Positions 39,537-51,034 are shown, counted from the first letter of the whole stretch. The stretch: DNA of 63,948 nucleotides, filler included, from Octopus bimaculoides (GCF_001194135.2; 6 parts of 6 records of this genome joined end to end with filler, not necessarily neighbours in it), one strand, 5' to 3'. Notes: generated from the sequence alone by a model not told the origin. Numbers and translations are program-made.

Positions 39537-39600
39537 GATCTCCTTCTTCGTCGACTTCAAACTCTTCTGCCGGTTCTTGGACATCTAAAACATCAGCCAT
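39537..39600 (-). CDS. RBM8A: RBM8A exon 1 (MADVLDVQEPAEEFEVDEEGD)
   Basis: MADVLD start typical of Y14; donor C|gtgagt. The spliced CDS is 531 nt, or 176 aa. Confidence 0.96.
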
Positions 39601-39619
39601 TTCTGAATCGAAGTTAAAC

Positions 39620-39632
39620 AGGAAGTGGAAGT
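39620..39632. promoter_or_regulatory. Tandem ETS-like GGAAGT motifs just upstream of the RBM8A ATG
   Basis: AGGAAGTGGAAGT; such motifs are common at housekeeping promoters. Function is not shown. Confidence 0.4.
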
Positions 39633-39974
39633 CGGTCTGAATTACTTCCCTTACTTGCTCTCTGCGAGTCTATGTCTCTCTCTCTCTCTCTTCTCTCTCT
39701 TCTCTCTCCGTCTCTATTTTTTCTCTCTCTTCTCTCTCCGTCTCTATTTTTTTCTCTCTCTTCTTTATCTGTCTTCCCTTTCTCTTCCCTACTTTGCTGT
39801 ATGTAGGTTTCGAATCGCTAGAATTAACAGCCAAAATCTCCCTCAAATCACACTTCGTCTTATAAGAAGTATGAATATATGGAGAAAATATAAAGGTTGA
39901 GTGGTCATTAATGGAATGCCGAAGGAGGTAAAGAATACGCACACCTCCCGTTTTCCGCGCTTTTTACTTTTTTT

Positions 39975-40234
39975 GGTAATTTTTCAGATTAACACCCGCA
40001 CGATCTTGACTAGGGTGTTAGGGTTAGAGTTTTAGGGTCAGGGTTAGGGTTTTAGGGTTAGGATTAGGATTAGGATTTAGGGTTAGGGTTTTAGGGTTAG
40101 AGTTTTAGGGTTTGGGTTAGGGAATTCCGTCCCTAACCGTAACCGTAACCCTAAACACTAATCTTAACCCCAACCCTAACCCTAACCCTAACACCCTAGT
40201 GAAGATCGTGCGGGTGTTAATCTGAAAAATTACC
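39975..40234. mobile_element. Foldback MITE with telomeric (TTAGGG/CCCTAA) arms, Merlin-like termini
   Basis: 53-bp terminal inverted repeats with 1 mismatch, starting GGTAATTTTTCAGATTAACACCCGCACGA; inner head-to-head degenerate telomeric repeats centred on GGAATTCC (40121-40128); CTTTTTTT on both sides (39967-39974 and 40235-40242). Confidence 0.8.
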
Positions 40235-40770
40235 CTTTTTTTTCTCAAACATTTCTTCGGGTTTCTATGTTTTAGAAATAGAAGAATACGATTTTGCACA
40301 AAAATCAAGTTTTTAGAGTTTTATTTCCCCGATCCCCACACTAATTCTTTAATTTTTAACTTTTCTTCGATTTTTTTAAAAATCCTCGTAGAAAAATACA
40401 GAGATTACGAATCTGGGAATTTTCTTTTTTCAAATTTTAATTCCCTCCTCCCCTACACACCCATCACCTCCCCGATTNNNNNNNNNNNNNNNNNNNNNNN
40501 NNNNNNNNNNNNNNNNNNNNNNNNNNNNNNNNNNNNNNNNNNNNNNNNNNNNNNNNNNNNNNNNNNNNNNNNNNNNNNNNNNNNNNNNNNNNNNNNNNNN
40601 NNNNNNNNNNNNNNNNNNNNNNNNNNNNNNNNNNNNNNNNNNNNNNNNNNNNNNNNNNNNNNNNNNNNNNNNNNNNNNNNNNNNNNNNNNNNNNNNNNNN
40701 NNNNNNNNNNNNNNNNNNNNNNNNNNNNNNNNNNNNNNNNNNNNNNNNNNNNNNNNNNNNNNNNNNNNNN

Positions 40771-40836
40771 AAAAAAAAATCCGAGATTTTTTTTTTCTTT
40801 GTGAAATTCGTGCGGGTGAAAGTATCAAAATTTACC
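40771..40836 (+). mobile_element. Right terminus of a related GGTAA-ended element
   Basis: TCGTGCGGGTG-N8-AAAA-TTTACC has the same spacing as the MITE end TCGTGCGGGTG-N8-AAAA-ATTACC, and is nearly identical to 11040-11100. The left end is probably in gap 40478-40770. Confidence 0.6.
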
Positions 40837-42282
40837 ATTACATAAATGATTCACATTAAAATACAAATCAAAACCCGAAGAAAACACAGGCATAAGCAAA
40901 GAAAGAAAAACAGAAAAAAATAGAAGAAAAAAGCCCTATATATTTAGCACTAAGTGCTTCAATCATTCGCATACCATAAGGTTCAACAGAACTTATGGAA
41001 GCAAGCCGACACGCTCGCGGCATTACTGCGGGAGGTGGCGAGGTCAAGGTGTTGGAACAGGTAAGGCGTTGGAATGGGCATCACATGGCACCTCGGTTAG
41101 GCGAGGAGCAAATGATGACAAGAAATTCATTGTTAATGGCCCAGCCCCGTCCAAACATCTCAAACGCTATAGGCGGGAAGAAATGGTTCACCAACAAATC
41201 CCAATAATTAAGGATTTTGTTCCATTCGGCAATGGAAGCAGTGACTGTCCCATTTACCTCAGCATCGGAATTAAACAAAATCTCAGGAGTCAGAGGTTGT
41301 TAAAGGAAGAATTAGTGTTAATATAATGTTGTATATGGATTATTAGAGTATATTCATAATTAAAGTACATGTAAGGTATTGATTATTAAAGAAGATACGG
41401 CAAGGAAATAATTAAAAAAATGAGTGAAGGGAAAGAACTCTGATCTCATTTGGATCTTATAATCTCGGCGAAACATATAACTTATTTGATATTAAAACTA
41501 GATTTTATCAAGCAGACTAGAAATAGCAGTCAAATTTTCCTGAAATTATACAGAGAGATGAGCATACTGTATAATGTAGTCAGATATGCGCAATGACCGA
41601 GAGAAAGACCAGATAATTATGGCTAGAACGCTTTTGGTCATAAAGAATGATGAAAGGCAAAGAAAAGTGTCGTAACAAAATACTATAAGATATTTCTCCG
41701 ACACTGAAACGATTCAACCAGTTGGACTGATGAATACAACCTCTCTTACATCAATACTTAAAGAATTCTCAGTGTTGTTGTGGGGCTAATTCGAGATTCC
41801 TTCATTATCTTTAGCGAGCACATCATTTGAGTGCAAGGCAGCTTAACACTGTTCTTCCACTTCTCTCTTTCCCATCATTTCTAATATGTTTCCCCGCTCT
41901 CTCTCTCATCATTTCAAATTATGTTTCTTTACTTCTTGAATTTTTTTCTACTGATATTCTTCTTTCTAAGCCACTCTGGGTGTTTTAAATCATTTCCCAT
42001 TCCAGCCGGACTATTTTTCACCAGGTTCCATTACTTTACGAATACCTTCATTATCTCCCTTACATCATTCACTTTTCGTTTCACTTCACTTGAAACTGAC
42101 CTTCTTCAAAGCAAGGAAGTTTTCATGCGTCTTGGACTTAGCTTTCAAATCAAAATATCCTGCTGTTAACTAGTTCCCTTATCTCTCTATTTCTATATAT
42201 ATGTACACACATTTATATACATTATACACACCACATTTAATAACAAACGACAGAACTCGTCAACTGAAGAGAAGTGTTTATC

Positions 42283-42289
42283 ATGTCAG
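42283..42289 (+). CDS. METAP1D: METAP1D candidate first coding exon (ATG TCA G)
   Basis: Strong phase-1 donor CAG|GTAAGG. Joining it to the 44286 exon gives MSGLTYQVLRGLRSALKNTNLHIKRVSS, an Arg/Leu/Ser-rich, acid-free, presequence-like N-terminus. Confidence 0.6.
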
Positions 42290-42659
42290 GTAAGGTGATC
42301 CTTACGCAAACTCTCTGTAGTCGACCCAAGATACAGAGAGGCACAGCAGACAGTATAAAGAGGATTTTAAAGACTAAAGATATAGACATGCTTGAGAGGG
42401 TTTTCGTATACAATAAATATATTTTAAAATATATAATGTATTACCAAATTCTAAAGGTCAGCGCCGGTTTATTGATAAGTTTGCGGGGGAGAACAGAATA
42501 CTGACTTATAGGATGAACACATACACAGAATAAAAATTATAATTATTCTCCTTGTGTAACATTATCTGGTATCACATCCATCGGTAAAAGTATACGTTCA
42601 TTGGGAATATACTTTTGCCACTGTTTACGTGTTGAAGTCCGGACAAAACACCCTATTCG

Positions 42660-42699
42660 GGATCCTGTCCCATTTCGCATGCGAAATGGGACAGAATCC
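42660..42699. repeat. Perfect 30-bp palindrome (40 bp with one mismatched pair)
   Basis: CTGTCCCATTTCGCATGCGAAATGGGACAG at 42665-42694 is self-reverse-complementary. Confidence 0.95.
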
Positions 42700-43804
42700 C
42701 CCCACCCCCTGATATATTTCTCTGTTTTTGAATTTTAATACCATTAAAATTAGGAGAAAATATATATAATCTAAGTAAGTTATTAATGAAGTAATCATGA
42801 GAAACATCTTTCTTTTTGTTGGTTCGCTCCAAATGATTTTTGTTTTGTAACTCCCCATGTATAGGTAAAAAAATATATTTTCCTAAAAAAAATTAAAACT
42901 AGCAGTGCAACTGGGGGTTTTGGGCCTCAGGCTTTTTTGTCCTACACGTACGTGTGTCATCTTGTATCTTGAGATACTCTGTCATCACGTCACCAACATT
43001 TCTAGCTCTTTTCAAGCTAGTCCCACCCATCCTTATATAATGCCAGGTAGCCTCTCAGCACCTGCCATAAAACCACATTTCCCTCTCAAATACTTCCTCT
43101 CCTACTTTGTCGAAGCAGCTATATTTTTTTCCTATTCTGTCTTGTAAGTTTACATCCCCCATAACTTAGCGGTTCAGCCCGAAAGACTGATAAAATAAGT
43201 ACCAGGCTTAAAAAAAGATAAATACTAGGGTTGATTTTATTCAACTAAAAAAAGGACATTCTCCATGCTGGTGCCCCAGCATGGCTGCAGTCTAATGACT
43301 GAATCAAGTAGAAGGATAAAAAGAAAATGGTAGATGTTAGAGAAGGGTGAAGTGTATGGTGGGGGTTTAACGTTACATTATTCTGTGTTGCTTTATTTTG
43401 TCTTTTGAGAATTAGACGTTGGTTTTTAATAGAGAAAAATTACCGATAAGACAGGCACATTTAATAATACACTATCACATTTTAATCTAGACTTTGAGAA
43501 ATAGACATTGAACATTTTAGTGGGGTAAAGTTATTTACAACAGACGACTGTTGGTACCATGTAAAAAGTGCTGGTGCCACATAAAAAGCTCCCAGTATAC
43601 TGTAAGATGGTTGCTATTAGGAAGGGCATCCAGCCATAGAAACCATGCCAGAACAGAAAATGGCACCTGGTAAAGCCAGGGGCTGGATCAGTTCCTGTCA
43701 AACTGTCCAACCCATGTCAGCATGAAAAATCAATGTTAAATGATGATGGTGATGACTCATGATCAGATAACGCTTTAGTTTTCAACCACTTAATGCTACA
43801 CCAT

Positions 43805-44185
43805 GGAGGAGCAATGGCCCAGTGGTTAGGGCAGCGGACTCGCGGTCATAGGATCGCGGTTTCGATTCCCAGACCGGGCATTGTGAGTGTTTATTGAGCG
43901 AAAACACCTAAAGCTCCACGAGGCTCTGGCAGGGGATGGTGGCGAACCCTGCTGTACTCTTCCACCACAACTTTCTCTCACTCTTACTTCCTGTTTCTGT
44001 TGTGCCTGTAATTCAAAGGGTCAGCCTTGTCACACTGTGTCACGCTGAATATACCCAAGACTAACGTTAAGGGTACACGTGTCTGTGGAGTGCTCAGTCA
44101 CTTGCACGTTAATTTCACGAGCAGGCTGTTCCGTTGATCGGATCAACTGGAATCCTCGACGTCGTCAGCGACGGAGTGCCAACAA
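43805..44185 (+). mobile_element. SINE family A (middle 1, tail 1), full length
   Basis: A and B boxes (TGGCCCAGTGG, GGTTTCGATTCC); near-identical to 51035-51377 and 55145-55537. Confidence 0.9.
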
Positions 44186-44285
44186 TGCTACACCAAAGAT
44201 GAGCTATCAAACCTTATTCTCAAAAGAACTGACATCTTTCTTGTGTATTCATATAAGGTTTTTATTTCTTTCTTTCCTTCATTAG

Positions 44286-44581
44286 GTTTAACATATCAAG
44301 TACTGCGTGGCTTAAGGTCAGCATTGAAGAACACCAATTTGCATATTAAGAGAGTGAGTTCTTTCCACGGGCCTCATAACTTTGCTTTTGTGAAACCAGA
44401 AATGATCTCCAAGACACTTTTGGTTCCAGCACACATACAACGACCACCCTATGTATCTGTACATGGTAACGACCCTCATCCTAATTATATAGAAATCCAC
44501 CCTGACCAAGAAATAGATTCCATCAGAAATTCCTGCAGTTTGGCAAGGAAAATTCTTGACCTTACTTCTAAACACTTGAAA
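44286..44581 (+). CDS. METAP1D: METAP1D exon 2 (presequence and VPAHIQRPPYV..IRNSCSLARKILDLTSKHLK)
   Basis: Matches the type 1 MetAP N-terminal region; acceptor ccttcattag, donor AAA|gtaagt; 296 nt. Confidence 0.88.
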
Positions 44582-45581
44582 GTAAGTTTGGAAATTTTTT
44601 TCAATATTTTAATGGAAATTTTTTTTTTTTTTTCTGTGTTCTGAGCCGCATTCCTACTTTAAAAACATACTATTTTTATAAGAATGGCCATAGTAGATAT
44701 AAATTCACAACTCAACTCCAAACACTATACACTTTTTGAAAATCTTATGTGAAACCAGTCAAGTATGTTCGTATAATTTAAAATATGATTAAATTCTAAT
44801 TAATTCCAATTCATTCTGTCTGCATTTTCAACTTCATTTCTTCTATTCCTTCACTTGTTTGGATTAATAACAATTTTTATACATACATACACATGTATCT
44901 ATCTATCTGTCTGTCTATTTATCCATCTATCTATACACACACACACACACTCACACATATATAAAACATAGCATATTTGACAGAAAAGCTTGTCCCCTAT
45001 TTAACCCTTTAGCATTTAAACTGGTCAAATCTGGCCTCTGTCATTAAACGTATAAAATCATTCTTAAAGAAAACAATCATATCAATAAAATCTCTAGGCT
45101 ACAAGGTATGATTAAATAAGCATTAAAGTTGACAGAATAATTTGAGTGCTTAGGGGATAATCAAATACATACACATGTGTATGTGCATGTCTGTATGTGT
45201 GTTTGTATATAAATTTGTGTGTGTGGATCATGTGAGCCTCATTCATCAATTGGTAGCAGCCTAGCTACCGCTGCTCTGCAAATATAATTATATTTATAAG
45301 TTTTCACATGGCTACAGTCTGATGACTGAAACGAGAAAATGATAAAAAGATAAATGATTGATCACATCTGATTGATCACATGTATAATTTATGCGTAAAA
45401 CTGAGTACAGTGGGGGAAGTCAATGACCATTATGCAGGATTCATAAAATTTACACAATGTATTGAGTGCTCTTTTCTTTTGTTTGTGTACATGTGTGTGT
45501 GTGTGTGTATCAGGGCCAGATTAAGGCTCATAGAGGCCTTGAAGCACTTGAAAGATTTTGATATCCCCATATATATATAAT

Positions 45582-45826
45582 GTGGAGGCGCATGGCTTAG
45601 TGGTTAGGGTGTCAGCACCATGATCGTAAGATTGTGGTTTCGATTCCTGGACCGGGTGACGCATTGTGTTTTTGAGCAAAACACTTCATTTCACGTTGCT
45701 CCAGTTCACTCAGCTGGCAAAAATGAGTAACGTTGCGATGGACTGGCGTCCCGTACAGCTGGGGAACACATACGCCATAGAAACCGCGAAACCGGGCCCA
45801 TGAGCCTGGCTAGGCTTTAAAGGGCG
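45582..45826 (+). mobile_element. SINE family A (middle 2, tail 2)
   Basis: Same head, gtgtttttgagcaaaacac middle, and gcgatggactggcgtccc..gggcccatgagcctggc tail. Confidence 0.88.
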
Positions 45827-46556
45827 AAGAGAGATATATATATAATTCAAAATATAAACAATAATAAATGATAAAATAAATTGTATTTTTCATAATGAGA
45901 AGAAAACTAACAGTGAGATGGAAAATAGTGTTTATTTTTGTATATTACCACTTTATATTTGACATGTTTCCTCCAATTATTATTTTTTTTATTGTAAAGT
46001 CTTGATTAAACCCTCATAATTAATATGTAACACATCTGCTTTCATACTTAGTAGAGATAAGGCATTACAACAGGTATATAGTCCATTTTTTGTTTTATAG
46101 CGCATTGTTGTACCATTCTAAACTTTTTATTCTTTATGCTGATTATTATTTTAGTGATTTTAAAGTGATTTCTTTTGTGCTGTAAACCATTTACCATTTC
46201 TGTGGTGCCCTGTTTGTTTGATACCCTATGCACATGCTAATTTTGCTTAATGGTTAATCCAGTTCTGGTGTATATACGTATGTGTGCATGCAATGGGACT
46301 GGGTAAAATTGATATGTGAAAATGTCCCAAAAAGTGTGTCAAGCAGATGAAATAGAATCAAATATATTTTTATATTACAGTTATATGCAGTAAGGATGAT
46401 GATGATAGAGATGTGGTGGGGTTGAATGTGTAGTCCTTTGCACATTTCCAAGGAACAGACTAGGATGAGTGTTCCACCCACCTCTTGAAACACCTTTACA
46501 ATGCACCAGATGGAGTATATGGTGGGAGATGTTGAAAAAATGGTTAGATTCACTTA

Positions 46557-46762
46557 TGAAAAGTTCCTGGCTTTGGGTAAAAGAAAATAGAAGAGGATCA
46601 GTTAATTATGATTTTATTCACCATATTCCCCTCAAATTTACACACTTATTGCAGTGACCCTTCAGTTTTTCTAAGCCCTGTAAAAGAACTCAGAAGGTTG
46701 GGCCTTCAACCAGGCCTTTTGTGATATCCTTAAAGCCAGGAACTTTTCAGCACCCTTTTGTA
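46557..46762 (-). mobile_element. Mariner-derived MITE
   Basis: Inverted repeats TGAAAAGTTCCTGGCTTT (46557-46574) and AAAGCCAGGAACTTTTCA (46732-46749). The interior encodes a mariner C-terminal remnant (FLQGLEKLKGHCNKCVNLRG); TA at 46761-46762. Confidence 0.78.
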
Positions 46763-47410
46763 TATGTTATGAGAGAAACCCCAATGAGGCAGTTACTGGG
46801 AGAAAAGGAAAGAGTAGGCAACTCTAGAAGATCTTGAGGTCAAGTGGCCAAACATGATGAACGATGGGAGCCTCTGTTTCCTTGCTCAATCTGTTAGAAA
46901 TAACAGCTTCATCTCTGAAATCCTCTTAAATAAGAAAAGAACAGATTATATGTTATAGTCCTATATCTAAGACCTTTTTATTGTTTGTGGTTGGAAAGCT
47001 TCTGATCATAGAACTGCTGGATCAGGGTTGACCTGGAGGCTATACATCAACCTGACTTGTGTGTGTACCTGCATGTATATGAATGTAATGTGTACTGGTG
47101 CTTCATTGATTATGATGACGAGGGTTCCAGTTGATCCAACCAATGGAACAGCCTGCTCATGAAATTACTGTGCAAGTGTCTGAGCTCTCCACAGACACAT
47201 GTACCCTTAATGTAGGTCTTAGGGAGATTCAACCTGACAAGGCTGGTCCTTCGAAATACAGGTACAGCTCATTTTTGCCGGCTAAGTGGACTGGAGCAAT
47301 ATGAAATGAAGTGTCTTACTCAAGGACACAATACACTACCGGAAATCAAACTCATGATCTTACGATTGTGAACCAGATGCCCTAACCACTAAGCCACTCA
47401 TTGTAATGTG

Positions 47411-47635
47411 TTATTTCTTTACTGCCCACATGGGGCTACACACAGAGGGGACAAGCAAGGACAGACAAACGGATTAAGTCGATTATATCGACCCCAGTGC
47501 GTAAATGGTATTTATTTAATCGACCCCGAAAGGATGAAAGGCAAAGTCGACCTTGGCGGAATTTGAACTCAGAACGTAGCGGCAGACGAAATACCGCTCA
47601 GCATTTCGCCTTTCTAATGATTCTGCCAGCTCGCC
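47411..47635 (-). mobile_element. SINE family D, near full length
   Basis: Head ggcgagctggcagaatc..gagttcaaattcc and central ctttgcctttcatcctttcggggtcgat block, reminiscent of the Nin/Inv SINE core domain. Confidence 0.85.
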
Positions 47636-47641
47636 ACTCAT

Positions 47642-47874
47642 TCATCATCGTTTAACGTCCGCTTTCCATGCTAGCATGGGTTGGACGATTTGACTGAGGA
47701 CTGGTGAAACCAGATGGCAACACCAGGCTCCAATCTAATTTGGCAGAGTTTCTACAGCTGGATGCCCTTCCTAACGTCAACCACTCAGAGAGTGTAGTGG
47801 GTGCTTTTACGTGTCACCCGCACGAAAACGGCCACGCTTGAAATGGTGTCTTTTATGTGCCACCCGCACAAGCC
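47642..47874 (-). mobile_element. Young family C retroposon in METAP1D intron 2
   Basis: Almost identical to 5030-5287. Confidence 0.9.
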
Positions 47875-48064
47875 ATTGTAATGTGTATAAGTGTACACAT
47901 GTATGTGATGTGTGGATATGCATATGAGTTTGTGTAGATATCTATGTAATGTGTGTGTATGGTGTCTGTCTGTGTATAATGTGTGAGTGTATATAAATTG
48001 AAGCCACACTATTTTGTGACTTCCTTCAGTTCCCCACCTTGACTAACGAAGCTTGTCATTTCAG

Positions 48065-48256
48065 GTGGGCATCACCACTGATGAGTTGGACAAGATCGTA
48101 CACAACCTGTGCATCGACCACAATGCCTATCCATCTCCTCTCTTTTACAACAATTATCCCAAGTCAGTTTGTACATCAGTCAATAATGTTGCCTGCCATG
48201 GAATCCCTGATTCTCGACCCCTACAAAATGGTGACATCATCAACATTGATATTACG
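48065..48256 (+). CDS. METAP1D: METAP1D exon 3 ([49 protein letters not shown])
   Basis: Unmistakable MetAP1 motifs; SVNNV (rather than SVNEV) fits the mitochondrial 1D form. Branch point GACTAAC, acceptor tttcag, donor ACG|gtaggg; 192 nt, phase 0-0. Confidence 0.95.
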
Positions 48257-48327
48257 GTAGGGTAATTTATATATATATATGCACACATACACATATGATA
48301 CATATACATACATATAGACAACACATA

Positions 48328-48379
<52 letters not shown>

Positions 48380-48969
48380 NNNNNNNNNNNNNNNNNNNNN
48401 NNNNNNNNNNNNNNNNNNNNNNNNNNNNNNNNNNNNNNNNNNNNNNNNNNNNNNNNNNNNNNNNNNNNNNNNNNNNNNNNNNNNNNNNNNNNNNNNNNNN
48501 NNNNNNNNNNNNNNNNNNNNNNNNNNNNNNNNNNNNNNNNNNNNNNNNNNNNNNNNNNNNNNNNNNNNNNNNNNNNNNNNNNNNNNNNNNNNNNNNNNNN
48601 NNNNNNNNNNNNNNNNNNNNNNNNNNNNNNNNNNNNNNNNNNNNNNNNNNNNNNNNNNNNNNNNNNNNNNNNNNNNNNNNNNNNNNNNNNNNNNNNNNNN
48701 NNNNNNNNNNNNNNNNNNNNNNNNNNNNNNNNNNNNNNNNNNNNNNNNNNNNNNNNNNNNNNNNNNNNNNNNNNNNNNNNNNNNNNNNNNNNNNNNNNNN
48801 NNNNNNNNNNNNNNNNNNNNNNNNNNNNNNNNNNNNNNNNNNNNNNNNNNNNNNNNNNNNNNNNNNNNNNNNNNNNNNNNNNNNNNNNNNNNNNNNNNNN
48901 NNNNNNNNNNNNNNNNNNNNNNNNNNNNNNNNNNNNNNNNNNNNNNNNNNNNNNNNNNNNNNNNNNNNN

Positions 48970-49011
<42 letters not shown>

Positions 49012-49012
49012 T

Positions 49013-49154
49013 GCGTTAGGAAGGGCATCCAGCTGTAGAAACTCTGCCAAATTAGACTGGAGCCTGGTGTTGCCATCCGGTTTCACCAGTCCTCAGTCAA
49101 ATCGTCCAACCCATGCTAGCATGGAAAGCGGACGTTAAACGATGATGATGATGA
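49013..49154 (+). mobile_element. Young family C retroposon 3' end in METAP1D intron 3
   Basis: Reverse complement of about 47643-47777 at very high identity. Confidence 0.9.
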
Positions 49155-49349
49155 TATATATATAAAATACAGTTTAAACACATCAGAGATGCCTATAATA
49201 GGACATCTAACCTGCTAGAAAGAGCAGCCAAAACTCTACACCACAATTAGGGATAATTTCGAAAGGGAATGAAAAATAAAAACATTTACCATATGATGGA
49301 TGCTTTTGTTGTGAATGACAAATGAGGCTTCAGTGAAATAAAGTGTTAA

Positions 49350-49520
49350 TTATGTACTATGGACACAAATGTATCTCTTGAGGCCTGCTGGTGCCTTGCA
49401 AACCTTTTGGCAAATGGAACAAGTTGAGGACTCAGTTTGCTTGAGTGCTTGTGTGTCATTTACTATGTTTTTTTTTCTTGAGTGGATGGCAGGGCCTGCT
49501 TTTCTTTGTGCCATGAAACC
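49350..49520 (-). mobile_element. Probable LINE ORF C-terminal C2H2 zinc-finger remnant
   Basis: TCSICQKVCKAPAGLKRYICVH resembles the terminal CxxC..GL..H finger of RTE/CR1-like RTs. Confidence 0.45.
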
Positions 49521-50934
49521 ACAATGAGAGGTAAGGTTTATACACACACATATATGCATATGTGTGTATAGTGAAGAAAGATACTATAGGAGATAAAATT
49601 CTGGATAATCCCTTATATGCAGTATGTTGACATTTTCAGTTCACCTTGTCTCCTTTGTTTCATAAATACTTTTATAAATTTTGTTTTGTTTTATTGTGGA
49701 TTTGCTTGACAGACAGTGCTACAGTTCTCCCTCCTATTCTCTGATTCATAGTTAATCTATCGCCATTATTTTCCTCACAATGTCTGTTATCAGTCTTTCA
49801 AATAGCCTTCATAAACATTGTCACTTAACTTGGTTTTCTCTGTCTATCACTGAACCTTAATTCTTGAGACAAACACAGGAGGAGGCGGGTGGGACATCAG
49901 TGGCAAATTTGGGAGGGTGTTAAGAATGAGATATGACAGTCATAAGATGTAGGGTGATCAGCAGAAAATAAAATGGAAAGATATGATATTGAGAATAAGG
50001 GGTGGATGTGAAAAACAAATGATTCCAAGGAGAGAATGAAATAGGTTGTAGCACAAAAGGGGATGAAATATGTAGTTTTGCAACAGTTGAGTGAAGGTGG
50101 ATTGCTTCTTGTTGGGGTATTCAATTTATGATTGTAAGATCATGAGTTCAATTCCCAGCAGCATGTTGGGTCCTTGAGCAAAATTCTTTATTTCACTTTA
50201 CTCCAGTTCATTCAGTTGGCAAAAATGAATTGTACCTGTATATAAAAGGGTCAGCCTTGTCACATTCTGTATCACATTGAATCTCCCTGAGAACTACATT
50301 AAGGGTACATGTGTCTGTGGAGTGCTCAGCCTCTTGCACATTAATTTCACAAGGAAGCTGTTCCATTGATTGGATCATCTTGGTCACTTGTCATTGTAAC
50401 CAATGGAATGCCAGTATTTTTCTACAAAAGCTGAATAGTGCCATAGTTAGGAGAGTGATGGAGAGATGTGTATTAGGAAGGCTTAACCACAATTCTGTTT
50501 TTATATACATACCACAATTTTATATTGCGTTTTTATCGTATTGAGATATGAGAGCAGAAATAACAGTAAACTGTTTTGAAAGAAGAAAAGTAAAAATAGC
50601 TAAGAAACACTGTGACTAAGTTAAATTAAGGTGTTCCTTCATATCGTGTGTGTAAACACATGTTTTACATGTGGCAATAATGCTGTTTGTTTTCAAAAAA
50701 TCTATTATTTCCTCTGGAGCAAGCTGCTTTAATATTTCCTTAAATGAGCACTTTAATTTCACTTTGTCATATTACGGCGGGAAATTACACTGAAAGAAAT
50801 CTTTGCAGAAAGGTGAGTAGATTGATTACATATTTTCTTTTGTTTCTTTCATTATGTCATCGTCGTTTTGTGAGATTTGGCTGTTATTTCTAGTTTGTGA
50901 ATTTCTAGCAATAATGCTGGTGTGTTTACGTCCC

Positions 50935-51034
50935 NNNNNNNNNNNNNNNNNNNNNNNNNNNNNNNNNNNNNNNNNNNNTTAATTAATTAANNNNNNNNNN
51001 NNNNNNNNNNNNNNNNNNNNNNNNNNNNNNNNNN
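50935..51034. other. Artificial assembly spacer 44N-TTAATTAATTAA-44N
   Basis: Same 100-nt structure; separates the METAP1D and UBR fragments. Confidence 0.95.

Noticed and set aside
40012-40200. Ancient telomere-telomere chromosome fusion site
   Set aside because: The telomeric arms are short and enclosed by non-telomeric inverted repeats and an apparent target duplication, which fits a transposon better.
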